From NCBI RefSeq assembly GCF_018350175.1, contig NC_058368.1, forward strand, positions 156,428,001 through 156,492,000: a stretch of DNA of 64,000 nt. The letters run 5' to 3'. The notes below the pieces were generated by a model that searched no databases, had not been told where the DNA came from, and saw nothing but the letters and a program-made list of their open reading frames with translations. Both the position numbers and the translations under genes were made by a program. Source of the DNA: Felis catus. Lineage: Eukaryota. Each line of letters opens with the position of its first letter. The stretch's first letter is position 1. Below, in pieces: positions 53,001 through 64,000 of the stretch.

Positions 53001-53384
53001 AAGAGACAGTCTGGTTTCTAGCATTCAAATATTAGCCTCTGTTTTTAGTAAATAAAATCACTTTACTCTCTTCTTGTATTAATAATTATGCTGTTAAATT
53101 CAACATGGAGCCCAGTATGAAAGCAATCCTAGATGATAAAAGTGAAATAAGGCAAGCTTGAAGACTTTGCTAATGCTACTATGTGCATTATTTAAAAATA
53201 ATGTAACTTGTGTCTAGCTTCCTCTTAGGTGCTTCAATAACAGTTGAATAATAGTAGCCCATACCACCCAATTAGGAACTTCCTTCAGTGAGAGTCACCA
53301 GCGTGTTCTGGATGGTGAATTTCCAAAAAGCTGCCTATGAGAGAAGAATGCTGGGGGAACAAAGGGGCGAATGCTTGCATGGCT

Positions 53385-53600
53385 TGAACCGGAATCCTAC
53401 TCTGCAGTTTTACCAGCTGAGACTTCGTATGCGTTCTTTAACCCATCTAAACCCTCAGTTTCTTCAAACATAAGATCTGGGTTAATAGGGATCCCCATTT
53501 CTCAGGGTTGTTCTAAGGATCAGATGCAATGATCCAATTAGAATGCTTGTCTCAGGGGTTGGCCGTAGCAATATTCCATAAATGTTAAAACCCTTATTAT
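53385..53600 (+). mobile_element. MIR
   Basis: ttaccagctgagactt...cctcagtttcttca...cagggttgttctaaggat. Confidence 0.65.
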
Positions 53601-55239
53601 TTTATTTCCAGAATGTCTCAATGACATCATGTAAGCTGCGGAGTTCAAGGCAAAATCTTGAGTGTCATCAGGGCAGTAAAATATTAGAATGAAACCCCTG
53701 GAAAGTGGAAAGCCAGGACTCTGGAACACTTCTACTCCAGGCCAACAGCAGAAAGTAAAAGAGAGGCATGTCTTTTGTTTGTTTGTTTGTTTACCAGTTT
53801 TTGATTTCTTGGGCCTGGTGATATTAAGAAAATGGAGTACCATGGCTGTCATTTGCTTTGGTCAATGAAGTCAGAGCTGGGCCAGGAACTGTAGCTGCTG
53901 ATGGTCAGATCAAACACGCAAGTCGGCCACAGGGTGTTTGGGCTGGCCTCCGAAGGCTGTGGTAAAGAGAAGCCTAGGCTAATGAACCAATCACTGCCTG
54001 TTAAAACCGCTTCAAAAGAACAAAGAATAAGTAACTTCTGAAGCCTCTTGATTTTACCAAGAACTCCACAACAAAATTTCCCTTTGGTGTTTAAGAACGT
54101 AGTGTTAACATTTTTAACTGGCAGGAAGAAAAAAGAAAAATACTATATTACATTATCAATATCATTGATTAACTTGAGGAAGTAGTGTCAATGTTTCTTC
54201 ATGTCAGACTTAAGAAACTTCAATTTAGATCATCTGTCTATTGTGCATGTACTTCAGGCAATAATTCAGTCAATGAAACCATATTGAACACCTATTATCT
54301 GCCAGGCAGTATGCTGAGCATGAGAGGAACAAAGATGAATAATAGTCTCTGCCAGTAAGAAAACAGGCTTCTAAACAAATCCTTAGGATCCTGTCTGATA
54401 AATTCTACACTAGAGGCACAGAAAGGTGAGGACATGGCTAATGGCTGGAAGCAAGGTTGACTTGACATGGAAAGCAAAATGACTTCATCATCTTCCAGCG
54501 AGAACAATCAGAAGCAAGTATCTCATGAAAATCTAATGAAAACATCAATGTAATCCAATGTAAACAAATAAAAAACCTCAGAGATTGTTCGGTGGTTTTT
54601 CACTCCTACTATTTTTCTACAAATGGGGCCATGTCAGAATTGGTTATACTAAAATTAACCCAAAAGCTGTATTTAGAGAAATATTCAAAGTTGGGTTTAT
54701 TGGCAAACCTGCAAACTTACCTATATTCAATTTAATAAAAGGATAATTGATCCACAACATGCCAAGCACTGATTTCATGCTATAGAGAAAGAAAAAGAAA
54801 AAAAAAACAGACTAAAGAAGAAAGAAATAAAGGAGAAAGCTTGCAGCCTCAGGAAGGTGGAATGAGATAAGGGAGAGTTTGGAAAATGTTTTATGACAGG
54901 TGTTAACAAGCTCTTCTTGGGGACACAAACTCAAATGCCTGCCTAAGCCAGGCTGGGTGAGAGTACAAGTCCCATGTGAAGGGGCATATATGACCCAACT
55001 CCCCTGGATCAAGGCCACGTGGGAACCCATATCCAATGTTGCCAGAACTTCCTAATTTTTAAGAGAAGTTAAAAATCCACATTTTTCTGATCTCCTGATT
55101 TTTGGACATGGTTTTAAAATCCTGCCCATAGCTGAATTCAACTCGTTGACTGCCAGTTTTAAGCTTCTGTGCTTCCAAAATGCACAAGGAGCAATTATGA
55201 TGGATAATGGGGTAGCAGCAGGCAGGGCTAAGGGAGACG

Positions 55240-55435
55240 CTTTAGCACTGGATTCAAATCCTACCTGGCCTGTGCTGTGCAAACTCAGGCAAATCCCTAA
55301 AGTGGCTCTGAGTTTCAGTGTCGCTATCTTTAAACTGGGGATAAACAGATCTGCCTCATAGGGTTTTTGTGAGAAGGAAATGTGAGCTAGCACATAGTGA
55401 GCTCTCCAAAAAACTGACACATTTATTATTATTTT
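55240..55435 (+). mobile_element. MIR
   Basis: ctggattcaaatcct...ctgcctcatagggtt. Confidence 0.7.
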
Positions 55436-55439
55436 TAGA

Positions 55440-56220
55440 AAAGGCTTCATGAAGGAAGGAAGATGAGAGCTGGTTCTCAAGAGATAGGTAGGATTTAGGA
55501 CTAGTATTGGCAGAGATGGCTTACAGGGCTTTTCATGCATTCCAGGGAGAGGGAGCGAAGGCTTAGACACTACAAGGAGGCAAAAAGATCCTGTCTTGCA
55601 AAAGTAATGTCACCTAGTTTGGTTGGAACAGAGAGTAGATGACAGAATGTATAGGGGTGAATATAAAAATGTCAGAGTGTGACTCAAGCTCTGGAGCTCC
55701 TGAATGCCACCCTAGGGAGGGCCAGGCTTTATATCATGGGAAATGAGGAGATAATAAGGTTTTCAGCAGGGGATCAAAATCGGATCAGGGTTTTTCTGTA
55801 TGATGCATTCATCCAACCAATATTTCTTGGGAGCTAACTATGTACTAGGCGCTGTATTCAGTCCTAGGAATGCAGTGGGATACAAGGCAAACAAACAAGG
55901 TCACTGCTCCATGGAGCTCACACACGAGAGGCCACAGGAAGTGGATGTGGGTTGGATCCAAGAACCTGGGATTGAGGAGACTAGTTGGTAGGCTATTGCT
56001 AGTTCCAGCAAGAGGTAATGATGGCCTGAGTTAATGCAGTGGCAGTGAAGTAATCCAGGAGGAGAAGATTCGAGAGATGGGAAGGAGAAGGAAGCAACGT
56101 AAGTTGTTGGCTGGACTCAAGTGTTTGATAGCATCAACGGAAACAAGGGAGGCGAGAGGAGATGCTGGTTTGTGGGCAAGAATGATGTGTTGAGTTTAGC
56201 CTTAGTAGAGTTTTGGTACA
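55440..56220 (-). mobile_element. L2 fragments
   Basis: ggcttcatgaaggaagga...; catccaaccaatatttcttgggagctaactatgtactaggc. Confidence 0.65.
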
Positions 56221-57184
56221 TGACACACTTTCACTTTTGGTAAAAGTTCTCTGTTACTGGCGTTATCACTGCAGCACCTTAGTCAAATGATCCTTTCTGA
56301 AGCAATTGGGTGTTCTTATCCAAAGATAATTCTTGGTTGGATTATACCCAGGGACTCGATACCAAGACTAAACCTATATTCAGCTCGTTTCCCAAAATAA
56401 CGTATCAAAAGGAGAGAGTGAACACAAAGCATTTCCTGTCAGATAACCGTTTGCTTTTAAGATGGTGAAAAACAAGAAGGGAGTCTCCAGAGCATTCCTG
56501 TGATATACTCCCACCCGTGTAGAATAAAAACTTTCCCCAGCACGTCTCATGCTTGTGGATTTCTTTTTGCACAAGCCAGAGCATGGCAAAACCCAAGATG
56601 GAGCTTAGGGGCTTGGGTTTGAGGATTCACTTAATGACCATCTTTCTTTTTGGGAGCAGTATACCACAAGTGAACTAACCTTTTCCCAGATGGGTCTATT
56701 ACAGTGTTCTAGATGAAGATCCCGTAACAGTGCTAGAGCTCAGAGAGTGTTCTTTGGGCCAAGATATGAGGTAGAATAAAGGAGTTTTACTGGCTCCCTT
56801 GACTTCTTCTTACAGAGTGGTCATTTCTTTCCATTTCTTCTGAGGGAATGGTGAGGAAGCATGTGCAATAGATATATAAATATATTGGATCCTCCTGGCC
56901 TCATTTTCACTTGGTCTCTGTTTGTTTCTTTTGCAGGGTAAAGATACAGAGCAGTTATACTGATATAAAAAACAGAGATGGAGAGAAAAGAGAAGTTCTA
57001 TTGTTCCTATCTGAATATCTCCAACAGAACTACCACGTAATCTTAGCCTCTAGCACAGGGTCTGACACTTCATAGGTGCTTAAAAATACTTGTTAAAGAA
57101 ATTAAGGAGTTGAAGAAATAAGTATTTGTAGAAAAGATATTTATTATAAAAGTGAATAAACAAAGAATCAGCTTTTCTCAATGA

Positions 57185-57690
57185 ATCTTTTAGCATTCAG
57201 CTGTCTGCAAAAGAATCTCCAACCAATACTAGTTTAGGTCGTAGAGCTAATTTTCCTCACGTAATAGGAAGTGCAGAAGTCAGTGGTTGCAAATGTTGTT
57301 TTATATGTTCAACGATATCACTGGGGACTCAAGAACTTCTATCTTTCCATTCTATTATTTTCTTTTTTATTGCCTCATGTGGTAGGATGGCTGCCCCAGC
57401 TGTGAGCATTGCAACCACATTCAAGAGTAGATGAAAAGAGGAAGAAAGGAGCTAGTGGTATCTGTCCTATTTTATCAAGACAGTAGCAAGTTTTTCTAGA
57501 AAGCTTCAGAAAAGTTTTCTTACAGATCTTTAGTCAGAACTAGATTAGAAAGCCATTTAGAGATGAGATGAAACCCTTAGAAAATAAATATTTAGCCAGA
57601 TTCTTTGCTGTTATATATATAATAAGTTCTCTATTAGCAGGGGAAAATAGGGAAATGGACATTGAATAGACAATTAACAATGTCTACAGC
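57185..57690 (-). mobile_element. MLT1 (MaLR) LTR relic
   Basis: gcctcatg...gatggctgccccagct...cacattcaag pattern. Confidence 0.65.
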
Positions 57691-58811
57691 ACTATTAGAG
57701 CCCTCCCCATCCCTCACTCCTTCTGAACACTCAAAGTACTAATGGCATTGTCTTTGTTTATTTAATGTCATTTATTTCCCTCCTAGATTGAAGACAGAAC
57801 CCCCTGTTTTACTCATTTTCCCCTATCTTTTACAGAGTAGGCCCTTAGTATTACTGAATAAATTGAAAATACTATGAATGTTTTTTGTAGTACATATAAA
57901 ATAATGCTTTTTAAGTAGCATTTCTTAAAGAAAAAAACATGAATTCATTTTTACACTTGTGCATTAGCTACAACTCCATTTTAAACACACTAGGTAAAAG
58001 TAGGCTTAAGTGAAGTTTCAAAAAAGAAGAACAAACAGAAACAACAAATATAAAACATAATTATAATAACAATGCAGACAAAACTGAAATTTTCTCTATA
58101 AAATGAGCTTAATTTCTCATTTCTTTGTCCTGTGATACATTCTATACAGTAAAGATATTTCAATTTAGGAATACTAATGCTTTCAGGTGCAGAGCTCTTC
58201 GGTGGATCTCAATGCACATAAAAAAAAAAAAAAAAGCCAACCAACCAACCAAACAACAACAACAAAACCTTTTTACATTTCTTGCTCCAGTACTCAACCA
58301 ACCTTCCTAGCTCTGTTACTCAAAATTCTTGTATCAGAATATTTTGTTCCCACCTAAGTTTTCTACACACTGCTCCTCATGCCTCTTGAGCATTCTCTTT
58401 TCCTTGACCTTGAATACCTTCAGCTCCTCACTTGGCTTGTCTAAATTTTAGCCTTCAAAAGTGGGCTTAAGTATCAAGTAGATATGTAAATGTTTACATA
58501 ACATGTGTTTCTAGCACTCTTTAGGCTGGAAATGTAGTTAGCCTATGGCTTATCTTTTGACCGTGTTGGGTTTTGTTACTCCAGTTGGCCAAGTCCCATG
58601 CATCAACTGCCATTCTTTCCTTTCTGTGTAGCTTCTTAGAAGAGCACTGCAGCCACAGCTATTTCTTCTGTAATGGGAAACTGCTAGAATCCTGATAGTG
58701 ATTATACTCACCACTTAATTAACAGTGATATAATTATGTTACCTAGCATGTCATAAATAGGAACTGCATTAAAAACTATCATTTGATTCTTATGATCTTA
58801 TGAGTTACTAT

Positions 58812-59021
58812 TTTTTTAAAGTTTATTTTGAGAGAGAGACAGAGACCACGTGCATGCACATGAGCAGGGGAAGGGCAGAGAGAGAGGGAGAGAGAATCAA
58901 TCCTAAGTAGTAGAATCCAGCACAGAGGCCGATACCAGGCTTGAACCCACCAACTGTGATATCATGACCTGAGCTGAAATCAAGAGCCAGACGCTTGACT
59001 GACCGAGCCACCCAGGTGCCC
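58812..59021 (-). mobile_element. CanSINE nested in a MIR
   Basis: SINE head; TSD tgag(t/g)tactatttt. Confidence 0.92.
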
Positions 59022-59084
59022 TGAGGTACTATTTTATTTTCACTTTGCAGATGAGAAAAGAGAGGAAATAGATAGCTTCCAACC

Positions 59085-59288
59085 TAAGAGTTAGTAAATT
59101 TTTCTGTAAAGGGCTGTAGAGTAAATATTTTTGGCTTTACAGGCCATATGGTCTCTGCCGTAACTACTTAACTCTGCTGTTGTACCATGACAACAGTCAT
59201 AGATGTAGTTGTGGTCCAATAAAACTTTATTTGCAAAAATAGGCAGTAGGCTAGGATTGGCCTATGGGCTATTGTTTGCTAACCTCTG
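59085..59288 (+). mobile_element. MER58A-like hAT-Charlie MITE
   Basis: ttttctgtaaagggc...gtaaatatttt.ggcttt.caggccatatggtctctg...ccaataaaactttattt; degenerate terminal inverted repeats. Confidence 0.85.
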
Positions 59289-60749
59289 CTCTAGTCCAAA
59301 TAACCCCTTTTATATATTAGGCCAAAAGAGGTAAAGCCACTTGCTCAAGACTGCACCAGAGGCAGATCCAGAATACAGGTCTTCTGATTGGTTTAGTGGT
59401 CTTTAATACTAAGTGAATTGGGATAATTATTCTGTAATAAATTGGACTTTTGAGGCTAGAAAGCAGATATGATACTATTGAAAAACTATATCATTTTGAT
59501 CCAGGTGATTAGATGAATATAATTTGATGTGGATTTTATTCTGTCTTCTGGATCTCCCAAAGGTACATGAACTGTTAGACCCAATTTCCTTGTTTATCTT
59601 GCAGGGGAAAGCAGTTCCCAGATCAGCCAAACATATATCACAATTGCGTATATACTTAGGACTTAGTGCTTGTTGAAAAGCATTGCTTGGTGGGTATGGA
59701 ACAACTGAAAAACTGTCAACACAGAAGTCCTGTGACAAGATTCCTCAGAATGGTTCTAAATGTACATGGCTCCCTGCCAACTTTTTAATTTGGCTTCCGA
59801 TTTTGCCAGGGGACATTCTGACATGGTTAAAAGGGGTAGGAATATACTTTGCAGCTACAGGGCAAAACCCATGACTGCTTGACCTCCTTAGTCCCATGCT
59901 CTAAGAAATTTAGTTCTGCGTTGTTGATTCAAATCTTTGACAGGAAATAAAATTTCTGTGGGGCAAGCTGTTATTATGTGACTTTCATTCCTTATATTAA
60001 CAGCCTTGTAATATCATGGCAAGTATAGTTAACATCCCCTTGCACATCTATTTCTTGAGCACTGTTATCAGCAAAATAAAGACAAGATGCTGTTACCTTG
60101 ACTGTTCACAGTAGACTAACCATTAGACTGTCCAGCCTATTCAGGAGTGCTCCACATAATCCGAAGGCTGCAAGATAAGCTGACTCTACAAGGTCAAGAA
60201 GTATAGATATCCTTCATGCTTCTGCTATAATTGTGGCCCCACAGCATTCTTGTCTTTGACTTGTGTCACGACCTGCGGTTATGTTTTGATTCTGAGTGTC
60301 CATGTCTTATTAGGTTATGCGCATCATATTTAAATACTTAGAGCAACCTTGAAAGAAGTTCAGAATCTTCACCAGCCTATATAATTTTTGCTAGTCCAAC
60401 TTATCATGAAGGTGATGAAAAGAAATATCTTTGAGTAGGTACAAGTATTTATTGTGGATGACTGGGCAAAAGAAAGGGATGTCTTATTTGTTGGCCCCTC
60501 CTAGCACTTAAGATATATGCAACCCTATACCCTAAAACTTGCTTGTGAAGAATGAGGAATAATTAAAATATCTTATCAAAGCAGTGAAAAAAGAGCTCTT
60601 TTCCCCAAATTTCATAATTTTTAAGTATTGTATTAAAAATAAATATGAAAATTGTAAGTGATCTCCTGTTAGGGATAACATATATGGAGCCTTGGGCCAA
60701 GAACTATAAATATATTTTATCCATGCTATGAAGTAAAATACTATTTACT

Positions 60750-60890
60750 AAATGCTATTACTATATCCATTATGCAAATGAGGAAACTGAGGCCATAAAT
60801 CAGTTAAACAATGGATCCAAGGTCTTTTAGCTAGTAAATGATGGAGCTGGGATGCACATTGAGGAAGTCTGACTCCGGAGACTGAATCAA
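60750..60890 (-). mobile_element. MIR
   Basis: atgaggaaactgaggc...ccaaggtc...agctagtaaatgatggagctggga...gtctgactcc. Confidence 0.75.
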
Positions 60891-61289
60891 CCCTTACTCT
60901 AATGGCACCATCACCTGATAAAATCTAGATCCTTCAATGGAGACTTGTTAAGTGAGAGAAGGAGCAGAAGAACAGAAAGAGCAGACCACATATTCCAGTC
61001 ACCTTGTTCCCCAGATCACTGCTGACATATTACAGAGTACATCCCACCTTGTGCTCCTGTCCTTGTCTGGGCTGTCACAGAGGGATACACAGGACCCCAA
61101 GATCAGATCTCAACATAGCTGTTTCCCAACAATTATTGAGGTCTGTGCCTTGCTTTTGTAATGTTACTGAAATGCAGGGAGAAGCACTACATTCTCAATG
61201 TTTCAGCTTACATATGTTTGGGTAGACAAAACTTGTTTTTTATGGTCATTCTCTTCCTTCATTATTTCAGGCTCACGAACCTACCAGGC

Positions 61290-61682
61290 CCTTGTAGTAA
61301 TCATTAAGGCCATGCACAAATATTCTGGCTCTTTTTAGGACTGTGGTAGGATCACACTTTTCTACCTGCTTAAAGTGAATTGCTTTGGCCAATGAAAGGT
61401 GAACACAAGTAGTCTGTGTTGCTTCCAGGAAGAAGCTTTAAGAGTCAGTGCATGCTTTGCCATCTTTCTCCTTCAGACTTGGTAACTGGCAATATTCCCA
61501 ATAGCAGCTGCTTTGTTGGCCTTGAGCCCAAGGTGAGGATGACAGTAAAGCTGTGGAGCAAAGCTTCCTGTGTGCCTGTGATGGACAAATATTATTAACG
61601 AGAAATAAAGCACTATGATTTTAACCTATCAAGATTTGGATTCATTACTGCAGCAAAACCTAGCCTATCCTGATTGGTGCAC
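61290..61682 (+). mobile_element. MLT1 (MaLR) solo LTR, MLT1I/J-like
   Basis: tgctttggccaatgaaa...gaagctttaagagtcagtgc...gagaaataaa...ttactgcagcaaaacctagcctatcctga. Confidence 0.8.
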
Positions 61683-63089
61683 TCTTACAGAAAATTTGAA
61701 TGCCTAATAAAAGCAGCAACATAGAGAATACGGCAGAAGAAGGGGACTGGGCTTCTGGCTATCATCAAGACCCCCATTGTTGCCAGCTTAGCAGGAAATA
61801 TCTAAGGCGTTTCCAAAAGGACTGGAGTTAGCAGTGCAGAAAGAAAAAGTCCTCATCATCCAGGACTGAAATCCTGGTTTCTTGGGATGTAGAAATGTGA
61901 AATTTCCAATTCCTGTAACTGACTCAAACTGTGAGGAGCACCGAAGAAGCCCCATATCTTCCCATGTGCCCTCATATATGAACAAGCGCACTGTGGGAGC
62001 AATGTGGAGTTTTTTACTAGACTGGCTGAAGTAACCACTTGGAAGCATACTATTTTAACCCTCCTGACAGATATTATCAGTCAGTAGTACAACCAAGGGC
62101 TTTTCTCTCTCCTTTCAGTAATAATCAAAAAGAGCGATGCTGTGAGTTAGAGGTTTAAACAGAAAGAAATTGAAATCCATGACAGTGATGACTTAATAAT
62201 ATTGCAAATTATAGTTTTTAGTTCAGGTAATTTAGCATACCAAATCACAGTTTAATTTCCTTCTACAGAGCTCAGGCAAGCAAGATAGTGTATGGGAGAA
62301 GGGGCAAGGCGGGGTAGAGGGTGGAGGCAAAGAGGAGAGTGAGGAAAAAATTTTAAGACCCCCCCCCCCAAATGCAGGTACCCTTGAGAGACTAATAAAA
62401 GTGACCTGGAGAATGTAAAGGGCAGTCAGTTAATAAGTGTGAGGCATACAGCCGTGATCTTGGGGGGCCAGGAGTCTTTGCTTTTGTTCAGGTGCCTGCT
62501 TCTCCTGCCTGGTGGAATGTGAGCATCAAGTGCCCAGAAGGAATGCATAACGTGTGCAGAGCCCTGACAGCTGCGAAGGGAAAGAATGACTTTGAGAGTG
62601 TCAGCAAAGCGGAGCCGCGGTTGAATGGCATGTGTCCTTGACTGCGTACAGCACAATGCCTTGTGAAGGAACGAGGGTGGTGGGGCTGCATCACTTAATG
62701 ATTTGTCTTTTGTTCTAGGATCAACCTTCCAGAAACCAACCACTATTCAACCTGCACACACCACTCATCTTGCAAAATACTCAAAATAGCTTCCTCAGGT
62801 ATGTCAATTAATTCACCTGGCTGAAGCCGTGTCTGTGTGCTTGGCTAGAGAATCAGGAAAGAATCCTCCTGATTAAATTTCCTCAAAAATGATTACCTGA
62901 GTTCCAGCCAAGTAGCTTGGGAGACAGTAGCTCTTCTAGCTGGTCAGTATTACCCAGATAGACTGCAGCTGACCAGCTGGCCCTCATGTTCACCAGAGTA
63001 CCCTGGAGTAGTTATGTCCCTTTGCACCTACCTGAATTCGGTGTTTAGGGGTCAAATAGCTAGGCTGAGTTTGCAGATGCTTGAAACTA

Positions 63090-63240
63090 AAGTTTCGCAC
63101 TCAGGTGCCTAAGAATCACCTACTTAGAAAAAATTCCTGTGAACCGCCCCATCCTTACTGAATAGGAATATCTTGAGGTGGGGCTGAGGAATCAATGTTT
63201 GAACATGATTCCTGTATTATTTTGGTGAAAACCAGGGTCT
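63090..63240. mobile_element. MER5-like hAT relic
   Basis: agaatcacct...tactgaat...ggtggggctgaggaatc. Confidence 0.6.
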
Positions 63241-64000
63241 TTTTTTTTTAATCTCCTCAAGTTTACCTGAGTAGAAAAAAAACAAAAAGTAACCCCTCAT
63301 AAACACAAAAAGCACAAACACAAACACACCTAAGGAAACAGAACTCAATCCAAAGAACTCATATAAGTAGAGAGATCATGTCTTTTATTATACAAACCAA
63401 GACACTTCTGAAAGCAAAATTGGGCACTACTAATAATTACAGCAGGATAGCAGGTGTAGACTGGGACTCTGCTAGGCCAACCAGGACTCGTGGTCACCAG
63501 AGTTCTAAGACTAATCTGATAGGAAAGGTGATTAGGATTTAGGCCACCAGCCCAAGAGAAAGCCCTCAATCATGTCTTGATGCTTAAACATTACTGCAAA
63601 TATTTTAATAGGGAGGGTTTTGTGAGCCCTAAGCAGAGAGGATCTGGCTCAGAGGCTTGCACTAGCTTGGACAGAATGGATAAACTCTGTGGTCCAATTA
63701 TGCCAACCAGGAAGAGACCAGTAGAAATTTTGACCTCCCAGTGGAAGAGTGCATACAGCAGTAACATTTATCCACAGCAACTTCAGAAATCAGTCTCATG
63801 AAATGTAAAGGATTATTCCTCAGAGGCAAAGAAGAGGAGAAACAAACCAGACATTATTCTATTCGTTACATTCATCTTACAGTTTCTAGAAAATACCTTT
63901 TCCCCAAGTTTTTAGTTTTACTCTCACGTGGTTGGCACAAACCACCTAACAATTATTGTCACATGGATTTCCTACTGCTTTCTTCCTGAGGGAACTACTG

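Larger units (their letters stand above)
28468..64000 (-). other. MCTP1: Long MCTP1 intron; the upstream exon lies outside the window
   Basis: No further MCTP1-like coding sequence recognised (the expected short acidic exon was not seen); repeat-rich. Confidence 0.75.

Noticed and set aside
54295..54507. MFSLEDDEV... as the missing acidic MCTP1 exon
   Set aside because: It does not match the expected acidic exon and overlaps an L2-like relic.
55052..55570. 172-aa ORF, the longest in the track
   Set aside because: It spans MIR and L2 relics, has a non-ATG start and shows no protein similarity.
1..64000. CRISPR arrays, operons, tRNA or rRNA genes
   Set aside because: This is a mammalian locus. 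The tRNA-like segments are SINE heads, and no regularly spaced repeat array was seen.

Overview
Mammalian DNA from a carnivore, most likely a felid, judged by abundant feliform-type CanSINEs. The window holds the convergent 3' ends of two genes. SLF1/ANKRD32 contributes its last coding exon and 3'UTR on the + strand (1829-2310). MCTP1 contributes its last four coding exons on the - strand (28467 down to 14612); they splice in frame to ...[12 protein letters not shown]...KRKKNNLG*. From 28468 to the window end is one long MCTP1 intron. The rest is AT-rich intergenic or intronic DNA: a decayed near-full-length L1 (about 16.4-22.2 kb), 14 CanSINEs, MIR/L2/L1ME relics, MLT1 LTRs and hAT MITEs. Apart from the SLF1 exon, the ORF track looks like noise or repeat-derived frames, and it misses the MCTP1 exons. 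I found no convincing new biological system. The best leads are a bipartite CTCF site, a tandem-duplicated L1 5'UTR with serial internal deletions, + strand splice signals that could belong to an antisense or read-through transcript, and several enhancer-like islands. Repeat subfamily names come from recalled consensus features and need RepeatMasker confirmation.
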